64,000 bases of DNA from Candidatus Latescibacterota bacterium (GCA_965219995.1 CBDCOX010000002.1:2172918-2236917), one strand, 5' to 3'; counted from the first letter of the stretch, positions 44,270-54,833 are shown. Notes: a model not told the origin generated them from the letters alone. Made by a program: numbers and translations.

Positions 44270-47200
44270 TCAGTCGTCGGCCGACTGATGGGTTGCGGCC
44301 TGGCGGGAAAACGCGGCGCTGACGATCCTTTGCAGAACGGCGCGCAGGTCGTCCAGCAGCGTGTAACAAATGGGCACGAGCAGCAGGGTCAGAAACGTGG
44401 ATGCCAGCAACCCGCCCATCAGGGTCCGGCCAAGCGGCGCGTAGGGAATCCCGATGAGATTGCTGTTGCCCAACGCCATTGGCAACAGGCCGCAAACCGT
44501 GGTAAACGTGGTCATCAGGATCGGGCGAAACCGGTTGTGCCCGGCCTCCAGAATAGCCTCGGTCCGGTTCATGCCCTCGTGACGCATTCGGTTGATCATA
44601 TCCACCAGGACAATGGCGTTGTTGACGACGACGCCGATCAGTACAATCATGCCGATGTTGGCCATCATGTCCATTGGCGTGCCGGTCAGATAGAGCGTCC
44701 AGTACACCCCCAGGAACGAAAACGGAATGGAAAACAACACTGAAAACGGTAGAACCACGGACTCGAACAACACCCCCATCAGGAGAAAGACGCACGTTAC
44801 TGCCATCACCACCGCAAAAATCGTCTCGTTGTCCGACTCCCGGAACCTGGCGAAGCGTTCGCCCTTGTTCCACGAATATCCCCGCGGCATGTGGAAACCG
44901 GCCATCGCCCGGTCGATTTCGGCGTAAAGACCCTTCAGATCATCCTTTGTCGTAAACGCCTTCACCGCCAGACGCGTCTTGCCGTCTTCCCTCCGGATTC
45001 TCCCGCGCCCCGGCGTCACCTTGAAAGTGGCCAGTTCGGACAGGGGGATCTCCTCTCCGGACGCCGACCTGAACATGAAACTCTTCAGGTGATGCAGCGT
45101 CTGCCGGTCCGCCTCTTCCAGGTACAGTCGCGTATCCACCTCGCGCTCACCGGACTGGTACCGGGGAAGGCTGACCCCCTGCATCGTGAAGGCCAGGGTC
45201 CGCGCCACGACCTGCGGCGAAATCCCGTAGCGCCTCGCGCGGACTCGATGAATTTGGACCTGCACCTCGTCGGTGGATCGTTCCAGGTCGGAATCCACGT
45301 TCACGACCGACGGAATCTGCCGGAGCCGGCGCTCGACTTCCGTCACGAGGCCGGCCAGCACCTCGGTGTCGTCTCCGTAGAGATAGACCGAAACCGAAGG
45401 ATCCCCGCCGCCGCGGGCGCGGCTCTCCACGCCGATCCGCACCCCCACGTACTTGGGCATGTCCTTCTTCAGATCAGCGATGACCTCCGTACGGGCCATC
45501 GTGTTGTCCACCGGAACGCCAAGACCCGCCCGCAGGTTCTTGTACGCGACGTACCACCACGCCTCATTGGGGTTCGTATCCAGAAAGATCTCAAAATTCC
45601 CACGGGTCTTGCGGAACCAGGACCGGATGGTCCGGATGCCGTAGGCCTCTCGCTTTGAATTCAGAAACTCCTCCACCTCGTTCATCAATTCAAAGGTCTC
45701 GTACGTCGTAAAGTCGCGGGGGGTCCGAATATTGATGTCGATATCGTTGATATTGCCACGAGAGGAATCCGACCGTTTCATTTTGTCCGCCGGAATTGCA
45801 ATGGTCGCAAAAACCGCCAGGAGGATCAATATGGCGTCCCGGCGGTGGCTCAACGCCCAGTTCAGCACCCGCCCGTAGCGCATCCGCGCCCAGCCGATGG
45901 ACTTCGAATCCGGCTTCACCCGGCTGCCCCCGAAACGCACCGAAGCCAGCGGGATGATTAACAACGCCACGAACAACGACCCCACCAGCATCACGATGAC
46001 GGGGACACCCATGCGAGAGAGATAGAACGTCATCCCCACGTTTCCGGTCATCAACATCAACGGCAGAAAGACCACGACCGTGGTCAGCGTGGCCATGGTT
46101 ATCGCCATGGCAACTTCGCTGGCGCCCGCCACGGCGGCAGGCCTGGGGGATTCGCCCTTCTCGCGCCGCCGGTAGATGTTCTCCAGAATCACGACGGCGT
46201 TGTCGACAACCATCCCCACACCCACCATCAAACCCATCATCGTCATGAGATTCAGAGACCACCCGGAAAAATAAAGCACCGTTACGGTTATCATGGCGCA
46301 CAGCGGTATCGACAGCGTGATGATGGCCGTCATACGAAGGACGCGCAGGAAGAACAGAAGAACCAGCGCGGCGAACAATCCGCCCCAGAGGCCCGTATTC
46401 CTTAAATTGGCAACGGATGCCCGGATGAGTTCGCCCTGGTTGAAAAACACATTGAACTGGATCTTGCCTGCCACGGCGGATCCGGTCTCAATCTCCGCGA
46501 GCGCCGCTGAAACACGGTCGCACACCGTGGCGATATCGGCCCCCGACTCGGCCTTGATACCCACGGAAGAAGCCGGTTGGCCGTCGATTCTCTGATACCA
46601 GCTTCGGGCCGGGATATCGTAGACGACGTCGGCGACTTCCCGCAATCTGACGACGCCCTGGCGCGAACTTACAGGGATATTACCGACCTCGTCGAGACTG
46701 CGGTACCGCGCCAGGGAACGGACGTAGAATTTCTTGGTGCCTTCGTTGACGTAACCGCTCTTGAGCGCGAAATTGTCGTTCTGCAGGCTTTGTACCATCT
46801 CATAGATATTCACGCCCCTCGCCATCAGTTGCTCGCGGTTGATTTCAATCATTACCTCTTTGGGGTCGGCGCCCCAGAGTTCCACTCTGGCCACTCCTTC
46901 GATGCGTTCAAGGGGCCGCTGAACGTGCGTTTCCAGGAAACGGTACACGTCCACGATCGTGGAGTCCAGGGCCGCGCCGATCCACATGATGTTCCAGCCC
47001 TCGTCATTATACTTCCAGACGAAGACATTGTCCCGCACCTCCTCAGGGAGTTCCGGCTTGAGCCGGTCCAGTTGATCCCTCAACTGGTTGTACGCCAGGG
47101 TCATGTCGGCATCCTGCTGAAACCGGAGGGGGGCGCCCACGCCGCGGCTGTCCGTGTACGTCCGGACCCGTTCGATACCCTTGATGGTCCGCAGACGCTC

Positions 47201-47428
47201 CTCGAGGGGGCGTGTGATCTGCTGTTCGACCTCCTGAGGCGTGGCGTTCGAGCCGGGATACCGCACGCTCAACCACAGGAAGGGTGGATCGAAGCCGGCC
47301 GGCATCATCTTCACCGCGATCCGTGAATAGGCGACGGCGCCCATCACGAGCAGGGCCACGAGACACACCGTGATTGTTACGGGTCGATTAACGGATATGG
47401 ATGAAAGGAGGGAGGGTCGACTGTTCAT
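44270..47428 (-). CDS. RND-family efflux transporter permease (HAE1/AcrB-like), no adjacent MFP or OMF genes
   Basis: 12-TM RND architecture with two large periplasmic loops over ~1050 aa; start MNSRPSLL with AAGGA RBS (ORF open to 47539). Confidence 0.85.
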   Translation of the reverse strand: MNSRPSLLSSISVNRPVTITVCLVALLVMGAVAYSRIAVKMMPAGFDPPFLWLSVRYPGSNATPQEVEQQITRPLEERLRTIKGIERVRTYTDSRGVGAPLRFQQDADMTLAYNQLRDQLDRLKPELPEEVRDNVFVWKYNDEGWNIMWIGAALDSTIVDVYRFLETHVQRPLERIEGVARVELWGADPKEVMIEINREQLMARGVNIYEMVQSLQNDNFALKSGYVNEGTKKFYVRSLARYRSLDEVGNIPVSSRQGVVRLREVADVVYDIPARSWYQRIDGQPASSVGIKAESGADIATVCDRVSAALAEIETGSAVAGKIQFNVFFNQGELIRASVANLRNTGLWGGLFAALVLLFFLRVLRMTAIITLSIPLCAMITVTVLYFSGWSLNLMTMMGLMVGVGMVVDNAVVILENIYRRREKGESPRPAAVAGASEVAMAITMATLTTVVVFLPLMLMTGNVGMTFYLSRMGVPVIVMLVGSLFVALLIIPLASVRFGGSRVKPDSKSIGWARMRYGRVLNWALSHRRDAILILLAVFATIAIPADKMKRSDSSRGNINDIDINIRTPRDFTTYETFELMNEVEEFLNSKREAYGIRTIRSWFRKTRGNFEIFLDTNPNEAWWYVAYKNLRAGLGVPVDNTMARTEVIADLKKDMPKYVGVRIGVESRARGGGDPSVSVYLYGDDTEVLAGLVTEVERRLRQIPSVVNVDSDLERSTDEVQVQIHRVRARRYGISPQVVARTLAFTMQGVSLPRYQSGEREVDTRLYLEEADRQTLHHLKSFMFRSASGEEIPLSELATFKVTPGRGRIRREDGKTRLAVKAFTTKDDLKGLYAEIDRAMAGFHMPRGYSWNKGERFARFRESDNETIFAVVMAVTCVFLLMGVLFESVVLPFSVLFSIPFSFLGVYWTLYLTGTPMDMMANIGMIVLIGVVVNNAIVLVDMINRMRHEGMNRTEAILEAGHNRFRPILMTTFTTVCGLLPMALGNSNLIGIPYAPLGRTLMGGLLASTFLTLLLVPICYTLLDDLRAVLQRIVSAAFSRQAATHQSADD

Positions 47429-47549
47429 TGAGAAGACATTCCTTCGGTCCTTCGTATACGGTCGATGTAATAGACCCGTGGAATTACGCCCCACATCTCC
47501 TGGCTTACATAGCATCTGGTACACATAGTCCCGCCACATCCTGTGGAGA

Positions 47550-47730
47550 CTGTGCGCTGAGACGCTCCCTGAGCTTGTCGAAGGGTCGGCGAAGGGCTAT
47601 CGACGCCTTCCATCGGCGCACAAAGGGCGTTTCCGGTTGCGTCGCGCTGAACCTGTCGAAGCGGCCGGTGTATAGCGGGCATTTCGACAAGCTCAATGAC
47701 CACGCGTACAAAAGCTGTTTCGACGGACTC
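47550..47730. promoter_or_regulatory. regulatory region upstream of orphan RND gene with repeated TGTCGAA/TTCGACA motifs
   Basis: cttgtcgaa (47571) and ttcgacaag (47684) form a 9-bp inverted repeat 105 bp apart; further ctgtcgaag (47654) and ttcgacgga (47719); direct repeat gcgctga..ctgtcgaag at 47553 and 47643. Confidence 0.3.
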
Positions 47731-47997
47731 GAGGGGCGAAAAGTACCTGATACGACAACGACCATTTGAGGCCCCGAAGAAAGGAGATTTGCATCCTTAG
47801 ACGGGACATTGAGCGGAAGATGGCGCCCCTCGTCGGTTGAAAGCCGAAACGTGGCATATCCGTAAGACGCGCGAACCCTAGATATGATTCAGACAAGCGA
47901 TAGAAAACACCGGCGATGCGGAAGGAAAAGCGCCCGGGTTGGGATCCCGGCAACGAATCCGGCGGCCGCCGAATGGTTGAGCGGATGCCTGCTACCT

Positions 47998-48336
47998 TTA
48001 CGATACGTCCACGATGCGGCGAAGCGATTTTTTGCGGGACTGCCGGCGTTTCTGCTCCAGGCGTTTTTCTCTGGACGCGCGCGAGGGTCTGGTTGGTATT
48101 CGGGATCTGACCGTGTGGTTCAATCCGATGAGTTTTCGCCGGAGACGCTGGAGGGCGAGGTCTCTGTTGCGTCCCTGGAAGCGATGTTCGGACGCAACGA
48201 CCGTGATACCGGTGGGAATGTGTACGAGCCTGACCGCGCTTTCAACCTTGTTGCGGTGCTGGCCTCCGGGTCCCCCGCCGCGAAAAGGATGGAATCGCAC
48301 TTCCTTGAGAAGGATATCCGGATTGGTATTATACAT
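47998..48336 (-). CDS. arfB: alternative ribosome-rescue factor ArfB (YaeJ-like peptidyl-tRNA hydrolase)
   Basis: GGQ motif GPGGQHRNKVESAVRL and basic C-terminal tail RPSRASREKRLEQKRRQSRKK; start uncertain (ATG 48336, or 48411 abutting rpsA stop). Confidence 0.65.
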   Translation of the reverse strand: MYNTNPDILLKEVRFHPFRGGGPGGQHRNKVESAVRLVHIPTGITVVASEHRFQGRNRDLALQRLRRKLIGLNHTVRSRIPTRPSRASREKRLEQKRRQSRKKSLRRIVDVS

Positions 48337-48411
48337 GCCGGGATCCCGGGCATTTCTCGGCCGTTGCGGTCTCGTCAAACCGGGCCGGATGCGGGATCCT
48401 GCGACCCTCAA

Positions 48412-49638
48412 TTACAATAATCCGGCTCGGCGGAGGGCGTCGGCCATGACGCTTTCAGATTTGTTTTCGGACGTGTCTTCCTTGACCTTGAACGCTTTGA
48501 CTTCCTCGACTTCAACCGCTTTCTTTTCTTCTTCCTGAACGTCGCGAATGGATAGGGAGATGCGTTTTCTCTCCCGGTCGATTTTCCGGATTCTGGCGCG
48601 CACTTCCTGGCCTACCGAAACCGCGTCGGCAGGCCGCGAAACGCGGCTTCGGGCGAGCTGGGATACGTGCACCAGACCCTCCACACCCGGCGAGACTTCG
48701 ACAAAGGCGCCGAATTGCTGAATGGAGACGACCGTTCCGGAAATGACCTCCCCTTCGCTGACTTTCTCGATCGCGCCGTCCCAGGGGTCGGGCTGAAGCG
48801 CTTTCATGGAGAGCGAGATTCGTTCCTTGTCTCCTCCGAGATCCTTGAGTTCGAGGATCTTCACGTTCACCTCGTCTCCTGACCGCAGCACGTCTTTCGG
48901 ATGGCCCACGCGGTTGTGCGCAATCTCCGAAATGTGGACCAGCCCCTCCACGCCGCCGAGGTCGACAAAGGCGCCAAACCTCTCCAGCCGGGTGACTTTT
49001 CCGGTGACTTCAGCGCCCTCGCTGAGCTTTTCGCGCAGTTCGTCCGCCCGGCGGGCGGCCTCGGCTTCGAGATGGGCGCGGCGTGACAGTACGATATTGC
49101 GGCCCCTGCCCCTGAATTCGACAATCTTGAAGGTAAGGGTCTGGCCCGCATACGAGGCCAGGTCCTTGCTGTAACCCGTATCGATCTGTGACACGGGACA
49201 GAAAGCCCGGCGCCCTCCGAGGTTGACAACCAGACCGCCCGAGTTGAACCCGGTAACCCGTCCGTCGACCGGGATTCCGTTCTCGTAGGCCTGCCGCAGT
49301 ATCTGAACGTTACCCGTACGCCGTGACAGCGTCAGCCGGACTTCGTTCTCCACGGAGACGACAAAGGCTTCGATATTGTCGCCAACCCGGCATGAAACCT
49401 CGCCGTTTTCGTCCCTCAGTTCCTGGAGGTCGACAACGGCCTCACTCCGGCCCCCATAGTCTACGAATACGGAAGATTCATCGATGGTCCGGATGCGGCC
49501 TGAGAGGCGCTGTCCCACCGAAAGAATCGGCGCGGGCGCCTGCTCCGGCTCGCCTTCGAGCATGGCTGCGAATTCGTCGCTCGACCGGTCCGAAACGTAT
49601 TTCTCGTCCATTTCCTGCACATTTCGTGGTTCGCTCAT
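48412..49638 (-). CDS. rpsA: 30S ribosomal protein S1 (short, four S1 domains)
   Basis: Four consecutive S1 RNA-binding domains (G...G.V.....GAFV......G.VH.SE). Confidence 0.8.
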   Translation of the reverse strand: MSEPRNVQEMDEKYVSDRSSDEFAAMLEGEPEQAPAPILSVGQRLSGRIRTIDESSVFVDYGGRSEAVVDLQELRDENGEVSCRVGDNIEAFVVSVENEVRLTLSRRTGNVQILRQAYENGIPVDGRVTGFNSGGLVVNLGGRRAFCPVSQIDTGYSKDLASYAGQTLTFKIVEFRGRGRNIVLSRRAHLEAEAARRADELREKLSEGAEVTGKVTRLERFGAFVDLGGVEGLVHISEIAHNRVGHPKDVLRSGDEVNVKILELKDLGGDKERISLSMKALQPDPWDGAIEKVSEGEVISGTVVSIQQFGAFVEVSPGVEGLVHVSQLARSRVSRPADAVSVGQEVRARIRKIDRERKRISLSIRDVQEEEKKAVEVEEVKAFKVKEDTSENKSESVMADALRRAGLL

Positions 49639-49962
49639 GCGGGTTCTCTCATGCTCCCTTTCCGGCGATGTTCGGACTATCCCCCGCGCGCTCGCCCGGC
49701 GCGCATGGCGCGGGGATTCTCAGGGCTGCTCCGATCAGGAGGCCATCGGATCAAGACAAGTAAAGGTATGAGAAAATTCGAAATACGCAAGGTTTTTTTG
49801 GAAATCCGAAATGGCGGCCCGGGCGCGTGACCGGCAGGTTCGCCCTGTGAGCGGATCCGGTCCCGAAGGGTCAGGGAAATCTCAACATTGATTGAGCGAG
49901 GACGTTATGGTATATTCTGGAGTACCTCGGCAGGAAATACACGAACGGACAGGGGACCGAAG

Positions 49963-51174
49963 ATGAACGAGAAGATCGAAGATGCTTGGCAGGCCGCGCT
50001 TCAGATATTGAAGCCGCGAAAGAAAGACCTGGAACACGGGTTGGCCCTGCACGCGGACTCCATCGTGTGTGACACGTACGGATTCGCGCCGCGGGCCGCC
50101 ATCGATGGCGACGCAATGGCGGCCGCCGTGGAAGCCGGCGCGTCGGCGGCCGAGTTGAACGATATGAACGAGGAAATGTCGATGACCCGGTGCGCGACCG
50201 ATCCGGTCGAGCGGGCGGAGTTTCAGGAGGCCTGGCTGTCGGCAGGGGTGACGTGTATCGTGCAGAACGCGGGAGAAGAGGGCCAGGCGCCGTTACGGTT
50301 GATCAAACGTCTCGCCAGGTTTACGTACGTGGCCGACGTGATGCGGGATTTTCTGCTTCGGGCAACCACGCCCGCGGATATCGAGGCGGCCAGGGCGAAG
50401 GGGAGACAGTGTTTCTATATGAGCGGCAACGGGGTACCCCTGTCGCAGGACTGGGTGACCGTCGAGGAGGAATTGAGACATATACGGACCTTCTTCCAAC
50501 TTGGGATTCGCATGATGCACCTCACGTACAACCGGCGAAATATGCTTGGAGACGGGTGCGCCGAGCCCGCCAATGCGGGCTTGAGCGATTTCGGCAGATC
50601 GGTCGTGGCCGAAATGAACCGGGTGGGCGTGATCGTAGACGTGGCGCACGCCGGCTGGCAAACCAGCCTCGAAGCAGCCAGGGCGTCCGCGGTACCCATG
50701 GTGGCAAGCCATTCCGGCTGCTGCGCGGTGAACGAACACATCCGGTGCAAACCGGACGACGTGATCCGGGCGATTGCGGATACGGGAGGTTACGTGGGCA
50801 TCTGCTGCATTCCGGCGTTTCTGGGTCGGAGCGGAGACATACAGGCGCTGCTGGATCACGTCGATCATATGGTCAAGACGTATGGCGCCGACCATGTAAC
50901 GATCGGGACGGATACGGCGTACGCGTCACGCGCGTCGGGAAAGGAGAGGAGAAAGGCGCCCCGTCCGCGCACGCGTCCGCGCTGGGCGTATTTCTGGCCG
51001 CCGGATGCGTTTGACGCGCACTGGCGACAGGAACACATGGTGAATAGCCTTGCGTGGACCAACTGGCCGCTCTTTACGGTGGGAATGGTACAGCGCGGTT
51101 ATTCGGATGGGGATATCCGCAAAATCCTGGGCGGCAACATGCTCCGCGTGGCACGGGCGGCACTTGCCTCCTGA
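49963..51174 (+). CDS. membrane dipeptidase (peptidase family M19)
   Basis: HLTYNRRN, VDVAH, ASHSG motifs of renal-dipeptidase family; start at MNEKIEDAW with RBS (ORF open to 49888). Confidence 0.8.
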   Translation: MNEKIEDAWQAALQILKPRKKDLEHGLALHADSIVCDTYGFAPRAAIDGDAMAAAVEAGASAAELNDMNEEMSMTRCATDPVERAEFQEAWLSAGVTCIVQNAGEEGQAPLRLIKRLARFTYVADVMRDFLLRATTPADIEAARAKGRQCFYMSGNGVPLSQDWVTVEEELRHIRTFFQLGIRMMHLTYNRRNMLGDGCAEPANAGLSDFGRSVVAEMNRVGVIVDVAHAGWQTSLEAARASAVPMVASHSGCCAVNEHIRCKPDDVIRAIADTGGYVGICCIPAFLGRSGDIQALLDHVDHMVKTYGADHVTIGTDTAYASRASGKERRKAPRPRTRPRWAYFWPPDAFDAHWRQEHMVNSLAWTNWPLFTVGMVQRGYSDGDIRKILGGNMLRVARAALAS

Positions 51175-51235
51175 TGGCCGCGACGGCTCCGGCCAGATTC
51201 CAGAAAGACCGCGGCGCTTCAGAAAAGGGTGCTTC

Positions 51236-52486
51236 ATGACCGGTAATCTCAATCGTCTGTCGATTCTTCCTGTTTTCTTTATTGCTTTCCTGCATCCGGC
51301 GCATGGACAGAGCCCGAAGTTGATCTGGCAGCCCGAGAGTCCCGCTACGCAACGTTCGACAGACCCGCTCGCGGCGGATTTCGACGGCGACGGCGACGTC
51401 GGATTTTCGGATTTCGTGCTGTTCGCGCGCAGCTTCAACGCCCGGGTAGGTGAAACGGCGTACGACGCCGGGCTGGACCTGAACGGCGACGGTACCGTCA
51501 ACTTTCCCGATTTTATCGCGTTCAGCGCCGCTTTTGGAGCCGGTTCCAACGTCGCGCCGTCCACGCGCCATGCGGTTTACGTACTCGACCCGGTGTTGGG
51601 GGGTGCGGCGATCTTCGATTCCGAATCCCATCTGCTGACGGACTATCTGAGATTTCGGGGACCCACCGGTATCGCGGTTTCCGCGGACGAGCGGGCAATT
51701 TACGTCTCGGAAGGATTCGGGCTTTTCGCCATCGACGCAAATCACGAAGCGCTGTTCTCGATTCCGACGGAGTCGCAGGGACGCGTCGTGCTGAGTCCAG
51801 ACGAGCGATTCGCATACGTGACGGAAGAACGAAACGACCGGTTGGTGGTGCTGGACCTTGTCGCCCGGGTTCCCGCGGACACGATCCTGGTCGGCGAGCG
51901 GCCGATCGACGTTGCGATTACCCCGGACGGCAGGAAGCTTTACGTGGCGAACGCCGACAGCCGCGACGTTTCCGTCATCGACGTGGACCAGGGAGAGGTC
52001 GTGGCCGGCATAGTCATCGGCGGCGTCCCAGGTGAGATCGACGTTACGGCGGACGGCGCGCGGGCGTACGTGACGAACGTCGACCGGGGTGTGATTTCGG
52101 TTTTGGATCTGAATTCGGATCGGGTTGCGGGGGGCATCCAGCTGAGGGGAGATTCCGCGAGGGGGCTGGCGTTCTCGCCGGACGGCCGGACGCTCTACGT
52201 GGCTTCCACGGGGACGCAGACCGGCGGATTCCTGCTTGCCGTCGACGTGCAGCGCAATCTTATATCCCGGCGGCTCCGCGTGGGCGACGCCGCGTCCACG
52301 GTCGGCGTCTCGCCGGATGGCTCGCGCCTTTATATAGGCACGCTGGTGCTGGACGGCGGCGGACCCGGTCTGAGTGCCGTCGACCTGAATGAGTGGCGGG
52401 TGATGGGGCGGCTGCTGGGGGTCGACTTTATTGCGCAGTTCGCATTCCGCACCCTGTCGCAGGGGGAGTCCGCGGGGGAACGCTGA
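51236..52486 (+). CDS. secreted protein with dockerin-type Ca-binding repeats and YVTN-family beta-propeller
   Basis: Signal peptide MTGNLNRLSILPVFFIAFLHPAHG; DFDGDGDVGFSDF...DLNGDGTVNFPDF dockerin-like pair; repeated YVTN/YVAN...VSVID blades. Confidence 0.75.
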   Translation: MTGNLNRLSILPVFFIAFLHPAHGQSPKLIWQPESPATQRSTDPLAADFDGDGDVGFSDFVLFARSFNARVGETAYDAGLDLNGDGTVNFPDFIAFSAAFGAGSNVAPSTRHAVYVLDPVLGGAAIFDSESHLLTDYLRFRGPTGIAVSADERAIYVSEGFGLFAIDANHEALFSIPTESQGRVVLSPDERFAYVTEERNDRLVVLDLVARVPADTILVGERPIDVAITPDGRKLYVANADSRDVSVIDVDQGEVVAGIVIGGVPGEIDVTADGARAYVTNVDRGVISVLDLNSDRVAGGIQLRGDSARGLAFSPDGRTLYVASTGTQTGGFLLAVDVQRNLISRRLRVGDAASTVGVSPDGSRLYIGTLVLDGGGPGLSAVDLNEWRVMGRLLGVDFIAQFAFRTLSQGESAGER

Positions 52487-52492
52487 ATGCGG

Positions 52493-52529
52493 AAACCCGC
52501 ACGTCGGGCTGGTGGTATTGCGGGTTTTT
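52493..52529 (+). terminator. rho-independent terminator (gaaacccgca...tgcgggttttt) between convergent genes
   Basis: 9-bp stem aaacccgca/tgcgggttt followed by T-run; overlaps rlpA stop codon. Confidence 0.5.
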
Positions 52530-53062
52530 CAGTCGACGGCCTTGATAATGCGGATCTTGACCCGGGCGACCCCCTCTTCCACCATGTCCAGGCGACGGGC
52601 CGCACCCAGGGAAAGGTCCAGAATCCGTCCTTCGACAAAGGGTCCCCGGTCGTTCACCTTCACTCTGACGCTCCGTCCGTTTCCAAGATGGGTTACGTGG
52701 ATGACGGTACCGAGCGGAAGTTCCCGATGTGCCGCGGAGAGCCCGTACATATTGTAGATCTCACCGCTGGCGGTGGGACGGCCGTGGAACTTGTGCGCGT
52801 AATACGAGGCAAGGCCGACCTGAAAGGCGTCCTGGGTGGAAATCACGGGAGCGTCGACGGCGGTCTTTTCGGAGTCGGTTCCCGGCGGCGAGGAGCGATA
52901 CCTGGGTCGGGAGAAACAGCCTGAACCAAGGCCGATTGCAAATATCAGGAGCACGTGAACCGCAACGCGGTCAGCCCCGCGGCCCGGTCTCAAACGAACC
53001 CACGAGGTCCGGGATTCGCCCGATCCGCTGGCTGCGGCAGTATTCGGCAAGGCCATCGACAA
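52529..53062 (-). CDS. rlpA: RlpA-like septal ring lytic transglycosylase (DPBB domain) lipoprotein
   Basis: GLASYYAHKFHGRPTASGEIY...GRSVRVKVNDRGPF...LDLSLGAARRL DPBB core; lipobox LGSGC; true start probably internal (~52960) since ORF overlaps pyrD 3' end. Confidence 0.6.
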   Translation of the reverse strand: MSMALPNTAAASGSGESRTSWVRLRPGRGADRVAVHVLLIFAIGLGSGCFSRPRYRSSPPGTDSEKTAVDAPVISTQDAFQVGLASYYAHKFHGRPTASGEIYNMYGLSAAHRELPLGTVIHVTHLGNGRSVRVKVNDRGPFVEGRILDLSLGAARRLDMVEEGVARVKIRIIKAVD

Positions 53063-53894
53063 TCTCCAGGGCAGCCCACGGGTTGATGAAGGTGGTCGTC
53101 CCTACCTGTACGGCGGATGCGCCGACAATCAGAAACTCGATTGCATCTTCAGCCGTCGCAATGCCGCCCATGCCGACGATCGGGATCGAGACCGCATTTG
53201 CGACCCGCCACACCATCGCCAGCGCAACCGGCTTGATGGCGGGCCCGGAAAGACCGCCGGTAACGTTGCCCAGAACCGGACGCCGGGTGCCGACGTCCAC
53301 GGCCAGCCCCAGCAGCGTATTGATCAACGCGATGCTGTCGGCGCCTCCTTCTTCCACGGCCGCGGCCACAGCGGCGACGTCGGTGACGTTGGGCGTGAGC
53401 TTGACGATGACTGGAAGCCTGCATACCTCTTTTACCGCCGCCGTGACACCGTACGCGGCCTCCTCGCGACATCCGAAGAGCTGACCGCCGTCCTTCATAT
53501 TCGGCGACGAGATGTTCAATTCCAGTGCGTCGATGTCCGGTATGTCGTTGAACCGGCGCGCCATTTCGGCGAATTCCGCGTTCGAGGTGCCGGCGATGCT
53601 GACAATCCTCGCCGTGGAAAGCGCCTGCAGGGCCGGGACCTTTTCCGCAATAAACGCGTCGATACCCGGATTCGTCAGGCCGATGGAGTTGAGCATTCCC
53701 GACGGGGTCTCCGCGGTACGGGGGGTGGGGTTGCCCGCGCGGGGACGAGAGGTGATGGTCTTGGTGACCACGCCGCCAACCTGCGCGAAGTCGAACACGC
53801 CCGCGTATTCGGCGCCGTGCCCGATGGTCCCCGAGGCCATCATCACGGGGTTCCTGATGGTCAGGCCGCCTCCGATGTGCGTGGAAAGGTCCAT
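52971..53894 (-). CDS. pyrD: dihydroorotate dehydrogenase, catalytic subunit (class 1B)
   Basis: NPVMMASGTIGHGAEY...NSIGLTNPG... FMN-binding TIM barrel typical PyrD. Confidence 0.85.
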   Translation of the reverse strand: MDLSTHIGGGLTIRNPVMMASGTIGHGAEYAGVFDFAQVGGVVTKTITSRPRAGNPTPRTAETPSGMLNSIGLTNPGIDAFIAEKVPALQALSTARIVSIAGTSNAEFAEMARRFNDIPDIDALELNISSPNMKDGGQLFGCREEAAYGVTAAVKEVCRLPVIVKLTPNVTDVAAVAAAVEEGGADSIALINTLLGLAVDVGTRRPVLGNVTGGLSGPAIKPVALAMVWRVANAVSIPIVGMGGIATAEDAIEFLIVGASAVQVGTTTFINPWAALEIVDGLAEYCRSQRIGRIPDLVGSFETGPRG

Positions 53895-53972
53895 TGGCGT
53901 TTTGGGAGATGATTCCGGTCCGGGAAGCGCCCGCAGGCAAAGGCCTTCCCTGTCGGGACGGTCATGGGCCGT

Positions 53973-54767
53973 CTACCAGACGATGGCATGGGCGTCCACC
54001 ACCGGTCCTTCAATGCAGACCCGTCGATATCGATGATCTTCCCGATCCGCTTCCCGGTATTCCACCACACAGCCCACACAGGCACCGAATCCGCAGGCCA
54101 TATGGTTCTCGAGTGACGCGAAGCAGGGCAGACGGTGCTCGGCAGCGATCCCGGCGACCCGCGCCATCATCGGGTGCGGGCCGCAGGCAAGGATCTGGGT
54201 TTCGCCGGGTCGGACGTGTGCCGGAATCAGGTCCGTTACGGGGCCTCTGTGTCCGAGGCTCCCGTCGTCCGTTGCAAGGCGTCGGCACAGATCGGCGGGA
54301 ATCACACGATCCATTTCGGGCATTCGCGCTTTGCTGGCAGCCCCCATCAGGAAGACCATTTCGGCTCGACGTTCCTTGTAGAACCAGGCCGAAAAGGCAA
54401 GCGGGACCAGACCTACGCCCCCGGCGACCAGTAGGAGCCGGCCCGTATCGGGCGGGACAAACGCCTGGCCCAGCGGGCCGAGCAGATCCAGATACCGACC
54501 GGCCGGGGCCGCGGCCATTCTGCGCGTGCCTTCGCCGATGGCGTCATAGACGATCTCCAGCCATCCCGCTTCGGCATCCACGCGCAGCGCGCTGAACGGG
54601 CGCCGGAGATAGGGTGTCCGGCCGGGGTCGGTAAGGACATGAACAAACTGGGCCGGGCGGCAGGACCGGGCAATTCCCGGGGCGCGCAGGCGCATCAGGT
54701 AGACGTTTCGAGCAATCCGCTCGTTGACGAGGACTTCGGCGTTTTCCTGGAAGAATCGTGAATTCAT
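53973..54767 (-). CDS. pyrK: dihydroorotate dehydrogenase electron-transfer subunit
   Basis: FAD/NAD-binding ferredoxin-reductase fold and C-terminal 2Fe-2S cluster CGFGACVGC. Confidence 0.8.
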   Translation of the reverse strand: MNSRFFQENAEVLVNERIARNVYLMRLRAPGIARSCRPAQFVHVLTDPGRTPYLRRPFSALRVDAEAGWLEIVYDAIGEGTRRMAAAPAGRYLDLLGPLGQAFVPPDTGRLLLVAGGVGLVPLAFSAWFYKERRAEMVFLMGAASKARMPEMDRVIPADLCRRLATDDGSLGHRGPVTDLIPAHVRPGETQILACGPHPMMARVAGIAAEHRLPCFASLENHMACGFGACVGCVVEYREADREDHRYRRVCIEGPVVDAHAIVW

Positions 54768-54833
54768 GCGGTGAAGGCTTCACGGGGACAACCCGGACCG
54801 CACTGACGATCCGAGCTGGCCGCGCTCCGTCGA

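Noticed and set aside
47550-47700. Possible TPP riboswitch (CTGAGA and GAACCTG elements)
   Set aside because: Only fragments of the THI-box consensus are present and the P-stem pairing is not reproducible. On the + strand there is no downstream + gene to regulate. It is better explained as a repeated TGTCGAA operator-like motif.
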